This document shows positions 39,034 to 51,500 of a stretch of DNA of 64,000 nt, one piece after another. The notes under the pieces are model-generated. The model worked only from the letters and a program-made list of their open reading frames with translations. It did no database searches and was not told the origin of the DNA. Source of the DNA: Oculina patagonica (taxonomy: Eukaryota); NCBI RefSeq assembly GCF_052425735.1, contig NC_135763.1, forward strand, positions 27,590,001 to 27,654,000, read 5' to 3'. Made by a program: the position numbers and the translations under genes. Position 1 is the stretch's first letter. Every line of letters starts with the position of its first letter.

Positions 39034-40998
39034 ATTATTATTGTTGTTATCATTATTTAGATACATTCTCCGTTTTCAATAACATCGCGTATTTAGATTT
39101 ATACCATGCCATAGAAAATACAGCCAATCAGAATACAGGAAAGCCGTTGTATATTCGACGGTATTCAACCCAACCTTCCCATAGTGCGCTGCGACTGTAT
39201 TCTTGACGAAATTTAGTAAGCGTATTTTCTATGGCATGGTATAAAATAGTTACACAACACTTTCTCGTGGTATACTATGGAATATCCCACTTGTCACTTG
39301 TATTTTCTTGGCATACACACTCGCCTAAAGGCTCGTGTGTATACCGAGAAAATACAAGTGACTCGTGGAATATTCCATAGTATACCACTCGAAAGCGTTG
39401 CATAACTAGTATTTCTGTCAGTTGCCCACTGCAATTAGTCTCTAGCGACGGAATACGAGTTTATGAAAGGAAACAGATGCGACAAAATCATGTTAAGAGA
39501 TATAAATAATATCCCTGCTGATCATACCTCCACAGCATAGTATGTGTAACGCTGTCTCTCCACCAAGCCAAGGTGGGATGGGCTTTCATCCGTGTCATCG
39601 CTCAACTCACAAATCTGCGTTCTTTCGTCGAATGGCCCCACGTTGATTGACACACAGTTCGGCTCCAAATAGCATTTCAAGCGGCAGCTCCCTTCATCGG
39701 ATACTTGCTCGGTTCTTATCACGTGACCCGCGAGTGCTTTATTTGATACTGTTTCCTTAAACATTAAGATGCGATCGTACTCCGCTGTGAGCACTGCAGA
39801 AAAACAATAAGCAACGGAAACATCGAAGTTTGTTTTCTCGAGAGCCCCAACTTTTAACCCCCACCCCGAGACAGGTTGTTCTTGATAGCAACGTAATTCG
39901 CGAGTTATTTTACTCTGAATCTTCATACTTCTGATCATGCAATTTTCGAGAAACATGTCCTTTGTTTACGGTTGGAAATGAATGGTTCTGCAGTCATCTG
40001 AAAGAGTTAGTCTTGACACACAAATGTTAGCATTGGCTTGTTAATATATAAACTCACTCTGTCATCATTGAGTGTTTAACTTTGAGCAGCTGTTTAAAAA
40101 TGCCATCAATTTCGGCACAGTATATATTTTGTTTCAATGCACAACATCTATAAAAACTCAAATTACTCAAATACATAAACACAGCGCTCGCCGCATCACT
40201 TTTTATTACGATGTTCGATGCAAAGACTTTTGTTCTTTCTTGGATGATTTTTAAACATCAATTAAGAGCAACTGAAATTTCGTGTTCGTACCATTTATCA
40301 ACGAGCTTCATAATTTATCCACAGTTTTAGAGCTCGATGTTTCTTTTTGTTGTTGTTATTGTTGTTGCTGGCACTCTTAATTTTCCCTAAAACCTTATCG
40401 TTTATTTATTAAATTTGTAAACTTTATTTAGCCCAATATGCAATATTTCATCACGATTATGAGAATACACCGAAATCGTTGTCGTGAGTTGTTTAATTAA
40501 ATGAAAAAAGGTGAGTAATGTGTGAACGAAAAGTCGAATTCAAGCCTAAATTATAATCATACGTTGAAGTGAATTAAAGCACATGGGAGGAAAATACAAC
40601 TATTATAGTTATTTTTACGACCAATTTGTTTTAACGCCTTCCTCGAAAAACTTTATTAAAAATTTATGTTTCTTTGTAAACAACTTTGAACAAAATATAC
40701 AAAACAAAGATTTTGAGATTGGGATAGCCAGAACTTTCAAAACCAAGTTTAACAATCGGCAACTTGTTTATACCGGTAAATGATAAAGAAAATAACACTG
40801 AATTTCTCCTTTTTTGCACCATATAAAAAGTGTTAAAGTTTGTATTAAGAATTGAAGTGTTTTATCATATTATCAGTGTTATGGCAGGTTTTATCGTGTT
40901 ATATTCGAAAAAAAATGGGAAAATGTGGCATAATTTCACTAACCTTCATTCGCTGTAACAAACAAGAGAAACAGCACATGTGATTTTAACATCGGCAT
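35450..40998 (-). CDS. Locus E: chimeric secreted PAN(I)-EGF-C-type lectin, 288 aa if the dead acceptor at 39997 is skipped
   Basis: Exons 40944-40998 (class II leader MPMLKSHVLFLLFVTANE, GTTAGT donor), 39528-39793 (PAN I), 37958-38075 (NFCHGNPCPGKYAICQVGFTERGFRCDCREGYRGEQCSE), 35450-35877 (CTLD DFIPGRGSLCGSCY...NPN...WND). Total 867 nt, in frame. Confidence 0.72.
35958..36251. mobile_element. piggyBac-like MITE
   Basis: TTAA|CCCTCGGACGTACAAG ... CTTGTACGTCCGAGGG|TAAA, perfect 16-bp TIR. Confidence 0.75.
36602..36743. repeat. ~140 bp palindromic hairpin MITE
   Basis: ACTTATTAACC...CATTACAGGGGAATCTCAGACC..GATGTATTGACC / GGTCAATACAT..GGTCTGAGATTCCCCTGTAATG...GGTTAATAAGT. Confidence 0.7.
36970..37700 (+). 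mobile_element. Penelope-like retroelement 3' fragment (GIY-YIG endonuclease end), in intron 3 of locus E
   Basis: Broken frames give LPFKDQTSANAVRRQMRDLSHKIG..IVNQQYVVYLFSCDLCDADYVGFTA*HLHQRIAEH..SAIGKH..FRILRKC..*EMLCIKERNPSLNTQTDSI..RAKLFV*, with stops and frameshifts. Confidence 0.85.
37659..37697 (+). ncRNA. Minimal type I hammerhead ribozyme, U3-A8 variant, at the Penelope 3' end
   Basis: GAC-TTGATAA-T-GACGT-gagccta-ACGTC-GAAA-CG-TC-GTC. Core UUGAUAA...GAAA, 5-bp stem II, palindromic ACGU stem III, GUC cleavage triplet, GAC/GUC stem I. Confidence 0.6.
39002..39056 (+). repeat. (GTT)n/(ATT)n microsatellite
   Basis: Direct inspection of the sequence. Confidence 0.85.
39876..39997 (-). 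pseudogene. Truncated class II PAN exon with in-frame TAA, fused by deletion to the intron upstream of the class I PAN exon of locus E
   Basis: DDCRTIHFQP*TKDMFLENCMIRSMKIQSKITRELRCYQEQ; homology to 19236-19489 and 46492-46745 stops abruptly at ~39876. Confidence 0.85.
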
Positions 40999-43900
40999 CG
41001 GAACCAGATGAGTACAGACGATTAAGTCATTTGAAAGATATGGATACCACGGTTCGGATGACGTTTTTGGTAACGAGAAGTTCAATATATTTTGCCGCCT
41101 ACAGTAATCCTGGCAGTTGTTAATTAACAAAGAAAATTAATTACCTCACGTAATTTAACGAGACAATTTGACACTTTGCTAACGTTCAGTGTAAGGAATT
41201 TCCATACTTATCCGGATAAATTTGAAAACGGAGTTTTCACTTCGAAAACGGGTAAAATTTTGTCCATACATAGTTTCTGTTGCAAGGCACGAACAGAGCT
41301 ATTGTTATGCTTATTATATTAAACCTTTTGTTGTTGTTTTTTTTTTGATTGTTTTTTCGACAGAGCCCACATGACTGTTCTCCACTTTGGCGACCGTTTT
41401 CAAAAAGCTTCGCTTTCGTTGACCGAAAACGCCGTTTTGGTGTTGACGATTGGCCTATCCAGTGAAAACAAAAATATGCGTTTTTAAATTTATCCGAGTT
41501 AGTGTGGACGGGGCCCAAAAGTAAAACAATGCATTCTTGTAGACCGATAAAAACATTAATTGCAAACCCACTAACAGGGCATTTTTTGCGAAATATGAAA
41601 AAGATAAGTGCCTTTTTTGTTTGTTTGTATTTATTTGGCTTGTCACAAGTCACTTTGGATTAAGAAAGAAATTTCAAATTCAAATTATAAATGGATCGAA
41701 TTCTGCTGATAAATAGGAGGATCAATAAACACTGAGAACAACATTCGATAATTCTAGACGTAAATAAAATGCGTTGAGAAAATTGGCTGGCTTTGAAAGT
41801 CACTGCAAGGTGATTTTGATGGATCCGAGTAAGTGTAAACTCGTGCTTTCATCCATAAAAATACAAATCAGGGCCTTAATCGCCCTTTTCGACCAAAAAA
41901 AGAAAAATATGAGAGTTCTTAAAGGCCTAGGCTCACTCAGCGTTCGTGAAAATAATTTAAATTGGCTACGATAATTATGTGCACGCAAATGTGAAGACGA
42001 TCTGACTCAACAATTGCGAAAGTGCGCCATATGAAAATATATTATCACTACACAAAATTATTGCTCTGGTTAGTATTTATAAGTATAAGCAGCCCAAATG
42101 TGACGTTTTGAAGAGAAAGTGAAACTGTCAAATAATAACAAGTTAGTTTTCTTTTGTTTGTAAGTGCGCATGGCAGTCTTAGCAGGGCTTAGTTGATTGC
42201 ATTGTGGGCGCCTGTGGCGTAGACAATTCTTCAGGACAACAATAATTGAAAAAAAAAAGATATTTATATTTTTAGCAGAATTTTTTTTTTGTAACATTCA
42301 TGATGTTTCGAGGTTTGTCTGCCTGTTTAAAATTATCCAATACCGCAAATCACAAGTAGCAAAACAAAGGCGTGGCAACAATTAATCCTTAATTTATCCT
42401 AAATACTTTCCATACTTTTTAGACCCAAAACGCATACTATTTTTATTTCGCTGTCATTACTGACATTTTTATTACCTTATGAAATGTTGAAATTTAAAAC
42501 TTACGGTATACCTTTACTGCAAAAGTCATATATAAACTTGGCTTCACTTCATTGTTGTGTTATTGTTGTTGTTTTCAATGTATTTTACATAGAACAAATA
42601 AACAATAGCTATATAGCCTACAGTTAAAACGAAATTATGGAGTGACATTTGTCCACGGACATTATCTGTTCCTAAAATTTTCAAGGACAAATATCACTCC
42701 ATATTTGTGTTTATTATCCTTCAAATATTTTTACGCAACGCTGCTCCTTTTGGGATACCTTTCCTCCAAGGATTTAAATGTCGGAGTAATAGGCTATTTC
42801 CGAGTTACCCTTTGCATCTGTTTCAAAACGAGTCTACGTGCAAAACCATTCAAATGAAAATGAGTTTGATTTGCATGAAAATGGACATATAGGTGAAACT
42901 CATTTTCGTATAAATGGTTTTGCACGTAGACTCGTTTCGAAACAGAGGCGAACGGCCTTACATTCTTTTCGCCGCCTGGATTGTTCTTTGAGTTTCTGTA
43001 ATTCATCTTCAACAAGCTGAAGATAGTTCAGTCCTTCAAAACTTTTGTAATTATAAAGCTCAAAAACAGTTTTGAAGCGTCTCGACTCAAATTAAATGAA
43101 GCTTGAAAATATGCCAGCTTGTGCCAGCAAGAAAACGGCGCGAACAGTTGAATGGTTTTCAGTTCTGGTTGGCTGGCTTCGTTAACAACTTGTTTCTAAT
43201 TGGTCCAACGCAACGGGCTAAAATATATTTGATCCCGCTGAATTCCCCATTTTAGCGCGCAAAATACGCCACAATGCCCGCTAAAATGATAATAATAGAG
43301 GATAATGCCCGAGGCGGTAGGTCATTATATCTTTTGGGAAATATTGTCATTGTTTTATTAATTATATCTTTGGCATGCATATTTTTATAAATTACGCGCA
43401 GGTGAATATTGAATCTAATATAAGAGCGCTCTGTATGACGGAACTAAAAATAGCAGCACTATGCAATCCTTGTCGTGGAGCCCCAACAAAAAAGTAAGAG
43501 AAGGAGACCAAAGAAAACGTGGAGAAGAAGTTATACTTATACGAAGATGCTAATCAGACATTTTCATTGCGGACAGCTGGAGAAAGTGGGCAACGTTGCA
43601 GGACTCTCGTTGATGGACTATCAACCAGGTAGAGTTAGACGACAAAAGTAAAGAGAGGGTAAGGAACTTGGGTTTGCTTGTTTTGTGTTCGAGACTGGCC
43701 AGCGTCCAAGTGCTTATTATTAACCAATGGCGTGACTGCAAACTACATACAAAACATAGATCACGGCAGCAAGATATCTCCACCTTCAAGTTTATTTGCA
43801 ACTTTTCATACACTGTTGTTTGAACGTGCAAAGGCAAGACGAGGGCTTTATATTATCCGACAATATTGACTAAAGAACCAACAATACTTAGTGGTGCTAC

Positions 43901-44192
43901 AATCCTTTTAAAAAATTATCCCGTCTGCAGTTCTTTCACAGGATAATTTAATAAGTCTGCCTCGTGCAGCTCCCAAACTTTGCCGTTCAACAATTCCATT
44001 TCTATTTCAATATCAGTTTATCGATTTTAGGTTATTGTTAGTGCCATTCTTGTTAATGTAACTATATTACTTGACCAATTGGGCTCGAGAATACTCCTCG
44101 TTAGGATGTTTAGCCTTGAAAGAAAGTCATCGTTTTATGCAATACTAATGTTGGCCTCAGCTATTAAAAAAACGATACCCCTTGTACTTTAC

Positions 44193-44336
44193 TTATGGAG
44201 AAAAAGTTTCACAAATATATTCAAGTGAACAGTCACACCTGAAATCATTACACTCTCCATTATAACAATTAATGGTAAAGTCTCCTATCTAAACGGATTC
44301 CCTTGCTATGCGGCCACAGTTTTGATAAACAACGCC
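44193..44336 (-). pseudogene. Degenerate copy of the CTLD 3' third, downstream of locus F
   Basis: GVVYQNCGRIARESV*IGDFTINCYNGECNDFRCDCSLEYICETFSP*. Confidence 0.8.
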
Positions 44337-44448
44337 AACCCCCCATTACGTTCCTTGAGGATATTATATCGAGGCCTGTTATTGAAATTTATGATTAAAT
44401 ACATTCATACACTCACTTTTGCTAGAAACGATACCCCTGACCTTTAAC

Positions 44449-47400
44449 TTAAGGCGAAACCTTCTCGCAAATATATCCCAGTGCCAAATCGCATTCTAAA
44501 TCATTCCACTCCCCAGTAAAATTGTTAAAGTTATAGCCTCCCAGCAGAAAAGATCCCTTTGCTATATGGCCACAATTTTGATAACCGCCCGAGTTGTTGG
44601 GATTGCCATCTCTCCAGTTGTTGTAGTTTGTCAGTAAGCTGCCATCTGTCCACATCCACTTGCCTTCCTCCACCTGGTCACTCAGTCCGATCCAGTAAGT
44701 CACTGCAGATGCCGTGAAGAATGTAGCCATCAAGAAATCGTGCTCCTCTGCTGACTCGATCTTTATCAGTTCTGCTCCAAGACTCTTACACTTTGCTGCT
44801 GCGTTGTTCCAGGTCTCAGGCTCAGTGAATAACTTGTAACATGAACCAACAAGTGACCCTGTTCCTGGAATGTAGCCTTAAGAAGATATCAAAATTAATT
44901 TGTTTCTTTCATCATCTCAAATGCTGTCATTAGACGCCACATTGATATAAAAGCGGGCTTTCAATAGGCCTAATACTATTTGACATTTATTCACGAATAT
45001 TGTTTCTTTATTTTTGTCTTGTTTTTTTTTTTCTTTTGTGTCAAGGGATACCAAACAAAAAAGGAACGTACCTAATTCACAGACACATCGGTAGCCTTTC
45101 GTTGTGAACCCAGCTTGACAGGTTAATGGACATGGGCTACTGTCGCAGGAATTCTAAGAAATACCATCGATAGAAACAATGAACATAAACTCGTAATAAC
45201 AAAAAATCATCATCCAAGCCAAAAAAAAAGCAAAATACATAAACAAGACGTTATTCAGTATTTGTGGAGAGTATTAAAAGTTACATTACTGGCATTAAAT
45301 TTTCAATTGCAATGCCTAACATGCAACATAACTGGAAAATTAACTAATTAATTTTAAACCAAACGAGAAGGAAACCAAATTAACCAAAAGGACGAACTGC
45401 AACAAGCTTTGACATTCTCAAGAAAAAAATAGTAAGCCATTACACAATCAACATTTAATAAAAATTCATGAAAGAAGAGACAATAAAATATCATACGATT
45501 AGCGTTACAATTAGCCAGAGTTAACATAAAGCAAAAAATAGGTTTTAGTGTAATGGTTTTATCCTTGGGATAAAATACTTAAGTACGGACGGACAATCAA
45601 GTGCCCAGATATTATTAGGTGTGGGGCTCCAGTAGCTCGCGGGAAATATGCTATTGCAGATAACTATTGCGTAAAAAAGGTCAAATATGAGAAATGCTAC
45701 AGAACATTAATAGACAATCTTCTATTTTCAGGTCTGTGCGGTATTCCGTAGCCGAGTTATCCTTCCAAATCTTCCACACAAATTTATAGAGCTCAGTGAC
45801 GTGTGTGAATGCCATGAAACATCTGAAATTCATTGCTGCTACAAAAAGCGATCAGTTTGCCCTCAGGATCTAGTAAAACATTCACATAAACACTTCTTGT
45901 AATACCTCAACCGTTCAGATTGCTTAAAATCACAGGTTAAGTCAATTTTTTAAACATGCGTGACAGCCTTCCGGCGGTCATCTTGATGTCGTGTGGCGTG
46001 AAATTGAAATGCTCTACTTTAAAGACGAAGGGCGCTATCAAGCTGAAATCCTTTAACAAGATATACATTTATCACGTCCAACAGCTAATGAAAGATGAAA
46101 ACCCAGGACCTTGCGTTTTTGGATTTGAGAATTTTTAAGGCGTAACGTGAAAATAAAGAATAACCAGAATAGTTGCCAAGTTAAAATGGCATGGGCGACT
46201 GTAGTGAAAAAAATTGTAGCAGATCAGGCAAAAATAAGTATTATACCTTTTTTCATTTCTTTTGGTATTGACAAAATCTGGTCATTGTACGTTAAGTCTC
46301 CAATTGTGTATTGCTTGATGAATAACATATTGTTGCCATTGGGAGATTTTGTATTTAAATTTCTTAGGAATTCCTGAATTAATGTTAAGTATTTCACGTC
46401 ATAAATACGGTGAAAGAGTAACAAACAAACTTTACTTTTAATGTCAACACGATTATTGATTATTATTCTACGCTTGGAATTGGTTACTTACCAAAACGTG
46501 TCGGTAGGTGTAACCTTGTTTGGGCACAAAATCGCTGCTGGAGATTTGCAAATGGGTGCGATTGTTTAAATCACACGATGGCATATCGCTGACTATTGGG
46601 CCGTAGTTGTAGGACACGCAGTTGGGTTCCCGGTAGCAGCGTAATTCGCATGTTATTTGGCTCTTAACTTTCATACTTCTGATCATGTGATTTTCGAGAA
46701 ACTTGTCCTTTGTTTCCGGTTGGAAATGAATGGTTCTGCAGTCATCTGAAAGAGCTAGTTTTGACACACAAATGTTAACATTGGGCTTATTAATAAACTA
46801 ACTCTGTTATCCTTGAGTGTCTAAATCTGAGCAGCTGTTGAAAAATACCATTGATGTCTGTGCAGTAAATATTTTGTTTGAATGTACATTTTTAATAAAA
46901 ACTCAAATTACCCAAATACATGTGTACAGCGTTTTCCTGCACCACTTTTTTACGATATTCGAAAGACTTTTGATCGTTTTTCAAGGATTTTCAAAGATAA
47001 ATAAACAGCAACCAAAATTAAACTCCGTGTTCGTAGATATTTATCAATGAGATTCATTATTTATAGCCATAGTTTTCGAGTTTCATCTTTCTTATTCTGT
47101 TGTACATTTTTTATTTAAGCCAATATGCAAATGTTTTATCACATTTAGGAGATTCGTCATAATACACAGAGTCCACTGTCGAGTTTTTTTTAAATCAAAA
47201 AAGGTGAATAATGAATGCATTTAACTCAATGCATTTTCACTCAACCGGCTTTATATATGTAAAAGGAACGTCGAATTCAAGCCTAAGGTACTACTGAAGG
47301 CGTGGAAAATAGAGCAATTACAGTAATTTTTACGATCAATTTGTTGAAAGACTTTATTAAATATTTTAGTATTCTTTTTAAATAGTTTTGAGCAAAATAA

Positions 47401-47702
47401 ACAAAATGAAGATAGAATAAATTGATAACATATCGGGAAATTAAGATTGGGATAGCGATAACTTTGAAAAACAAATTTAAAAATCGGCAACTTGTTACAT
47501 ATCGGTAAAGGGTGATGAAATTAACACTGAATTTGTCGCTTTCTTCACCTGGTAAAAGCATTAAAGTTTGTAACTACACACGGAGTGTTTTCTCGTGTAA
47601 TGAATTATATTCCGAAAAATGGGAAAATGTGGCATAGTTTTACCTACCTGCATTCGCTGTAGCAATCAAGAGAATCACGACATATGGTTTTAACTTTGGC
47701 AT
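44449..47702 (-). CDS. Locus F: secreted PAN(II)-short EGF-C-type lectin, 272 aa, apparently intact
   Basis: Exons 47648-47702 (MPKLKPYVVILLIATANA), 46492-46745 (PAN II), 45072-45153 (NSCDSSPCPLTCQAGFTTKGYRCVCEL), 44449-44876 (CTLD GYIPGTGSLVGSCY...NPN...WND). Total 819 nt, in frame, GT-AG. Confidence 0.88.
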
Positions 47703-48589
47703 CTTCCCCAAAATAACCTTTGACATCAAAGCTGTTTTAGAATCACATCAGTAATGAAGATCAAGTCATTTTAAAGATATGGATACAACTGATGATGTTT
47801 TTGGTAATTGGAAGATCAGTTAGTTTTGCCACCTATAGTTGTCACCTGCTAAATGTTGACAATAAACAAATGGTAAAGAAAATTAAAAACCGCACATAAA
47901 ATAACGAAACAATTTAACACTTCACTAAAGCTTAGTCTAATAATAAAATTATTAGTACCGAGAAAGTAAAACAAAATGATTTCTTGTATATCAATTAAAA
48001 TCGTTAATTGGGAATCCAATAATTCGGGAATTTTTGCAAAATATGAAATAGAGAATTGTTTTTCATTCCTTTGTTTGTTGTTCGGTTTGTTTTATTTTCA
48101 TGTTGGTTGTTTGTTTGTTTTTTCGTTAGTTTGTCACAAGTCTTCTCGGAATAAGAAAAAAACCTTCAAAACCAAGCTATAAATGGGTAGAATTCCTGCT
48201 AATAAAATGGGGGATTACTTGTCGAGTTATTTGGGTCTAAAGTACTCTTCGGTGAACTACACGTGTTTGCTTCAAGACGCCATCTTTAATAACCCACATG
48301 CATTGCGTTCTAACTGTAACGATACTTCATGTAAGTTAACACAACATTAATAAACGCTCACACACCGACAACGACATTCGATCATTCTTAACGTAAAAAA
48401 TAAAATGCGTGGGGTCCCTGGCAAAAGCAAATTGGCTGGCATTGAAAGTCATTGCACTTTGACTTTAATGAAACTGGGTAATAAGCAGTCAAGATCATGC
48501 TCCATTTGCAGTTCGGCTGTTCTTTTGCAATTCTCGTGTTATTTTCATCCGTAATACTACAGAGCAGGGCGTTTTTCGTTGATGAGCGA

Positions 48590-51500
48590 TATATTCACTA
48601 AATGCAGACCAGAAAATGTAAAAAAGAAATACGAAACCTCTTGAGCAAGCGCAACACAAGAATATGCAGATGAAGGCAGCAGCACGTCAGAATGTGGATC
48701 AGAAACCGAGTCTGAAGATTCCATCTTTGTCACTGAACGAGTTGGAGTGGTTAATAGTAATGCTAGCCGTTCATCTTTCATGGTACCACTTATGTTCCAT
48801 ACCGAGTATGCACCTACTATCACAACTCAGTTGGATACTGGGGCAACGTGCAGTGCAATGTCCTACAACGATCTCCTAAACATATTGCAGAACGGGGATG
48901 TCAAGTTGGGGCCCCCTGGTGGAAAGATAAGATTGTACGATGGGCGTGTGGTTGAGTCATTAGGATCCTACACCTTTACCGTGAGCTTAAACAGTGGCCC
49001 GAAATGCAAGATACCCTTTGACATCTTGGAAAGGGCACCTTGGCCAATCATTGATGGCAACACTTGCATTAAACAAGGCTGGATATCCCTAGGCTCAGGC
49101 CAGTATATACACTCATCGAACAGCAAAGAGTATGAACCTCTCTCATTTGACAAACTCATGTTTTCACTGGATTGGGCTGTTTACCAGGTGAATATCATAT
49201 AGAAGTAGATCCAGACATCAAACCTGTCCAGCATGCTCCTCGACGTGTTCCAGTGCCTCTCAAAGCAAGGCTAAAGGAGAAGATTGCTGAAATGGAAAAA
49301 CAGGGTATCATTGTGAGAGAAACCGAGCCAACAGATTGGATAAGCAGCCTAGTAGCCGTGCAGAAACCTGGAAAGCTACGGGTGTGCATTGATCCAAGAG
49401 ATCTCAATCGAGCTATAAAAAGGCCAAAGTACCCGATGCCCACAGTCGAAGAAGTGTTACCAAAGCTAGCCAATGCTAAAGTATTCACGGTCTTGGATGC
49501 AAAAGATGGGTTTCATCAAGTGAAGCTCGACAAAGAGAGCTCCCTACTTACGACATTCTGGACCCCATTTGGTCGGTACCGATACTTGAGAATGCCGCAA
49601 GGTATCAGCAGTGCACCTGAAGAATATCAGCGTCGTCAGAATGAGGCTCTCTCAGGATTAGATGGTGTAGAGGTAATTGCAGATGGCATCCTGTGTTATG
49701 GCAGCGGAGAAACCATCGAAGATGCTCTAGCAGATCATGACAGCAACTTACTAAACCTGCTGGATCGTGCACGTGAGGTGAACTTGAAGTTGAACAAGAA
49801 GAAGCTGCGTTTAAGGTTGGATCAAGTCCCTTACATGGGACATCTGTTCACTTCAGAAGGACTCAGACCAGACCCCCCAAAAAGTGGAAGAAATTGTAAA
49901 CATGCCACGACCAGACGACAAAAGAGCTGTTCAGCGCCTTCTAGGATGTGTCACCTACCTCTCAAGATTCATGCCAACCCTCTCTGAAGTGTCGGAACCT
50001 CTGCGCAAGCTAACAGAGAAGAACAACTTGTTCATGTGGGAAAGTCAGCAAGAAGAAGCATTTCAAACTATCAAGAATATGATCAGCTCCACGCCAGTCC
50101 TCAAGTACTATGACGTAGTTAGAGAGACCACTATCCAGTGTGATGCATCCGAGTCCGGCTTAGGGGCCACTCTTCTCCAGGACGGACAACCAGTGGCTTT
50201 TGCTTCAAGGTCACTGTCAGCAGTGGAGCGTCGTTACGCTCAAATCGAAAAAGAATGCTTGGTTATTAGTCTTCGCGTGCACTCGTTTCAATCAGTACCT
50301 GCAGGGTCGAGACCTGACAACAGTGGAGACAGACCACAAGCCACTGGTACCTATACTTCAGAAGTCTTTACATTTAGCACCTAAACGGTTGCAGCGGATG
50401 CTCCTTCGCTTACAGAAGTTCAATCTTCATGTGAAGTACCTTCCGGGATCGCAGATGTATATCGCAGATATGTTAAGCAGAGCATATCTTCGAGTGGATC
50501 ACAGCAAAGATGAAAACGTCCCAGAGTATCAATTCTTCCAGTTGAGACAAGAGCAGCAGTTGTTTCAAGAGATCGCTGACATTAACCAAGTTGATTACAT
50601 GCGCCTATCAGAGGGTACTCATCAGCAGATCAAACAGTGCACAGTTGCAGATGCTGCATTGCAAAGTCTCATGAATACAATAATGACAGGTTGGCCACAG
50701 ACCAAAGAGGAAGTTCCCGTCTGCAACCATGAATACTGGAACTACAAAGAAGAGTTAACAGTCCAAGATGGAGTCTTGTTCAAAGGAATAAAAGTGATTG
50801 TTCCCACCCCTATGAGACCTCAAATGATTGCAAGAGTTCATTCCAGCCACCTTGGTCCTGATGCTTGTGTACGCCGAGCTCGCGATGTGTTATTCTGGCC
50901 TGACATGGTGGGACAAATCAAGGATCAAGTCCAACGCTGTGAAGTGTGCAATGACTTCTTAGCCAGACAACAAAAGGAGCCACTGATGACGCACAAGATT
51001 CCCGAAACTCCTTGGTCAAAGGTGGGACAAGATCTCTTCACTGTAGGTGGTGAGAACTATTTAGTAACTGTGTACTTCTACAGTGATTATTTTGAGCTAG
51101 ATCTGTTAGCTGATACTAGTACTACTGCAGAATCAGTGATCAAAGCAACCAAGTGCCACTTTGCACGTCATGGTATTGCTGACATGGTGACCGACAATGG
51201 GCCACAGTATTCCAGTACGCTCTTTACTAAGTTTGCTCATGAATGGGAATTCTAGCATATTACCAGCTCACCTTTACATAGTCAAAGCAATGGGAAATCT
51301 GAGTCAGCAGTAAAAATTGCGAAGAATCTTGTAAAGACAGCAAAGCGAGATAACAAAGATCTGCAAATGTCGTTGCTCGAGTGGCGTAACACACCTGACA
51401 GCAATGGATTGAGCCCAGTCCAAAAGCTGATGTCTCAACGGACTAGAACCACCATCCCAACAACTGAAACGTTGCTCAAGCCCGAGGTTGCTGATGGAGT

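Noticed and set aside
39522-39956. 144-aa single-exon ORF
   Set aside because: It is a truncated class II PAN, an intron tail and the class I PAN exon in frame; there is no signal peptide and an upstream in-frame stop.
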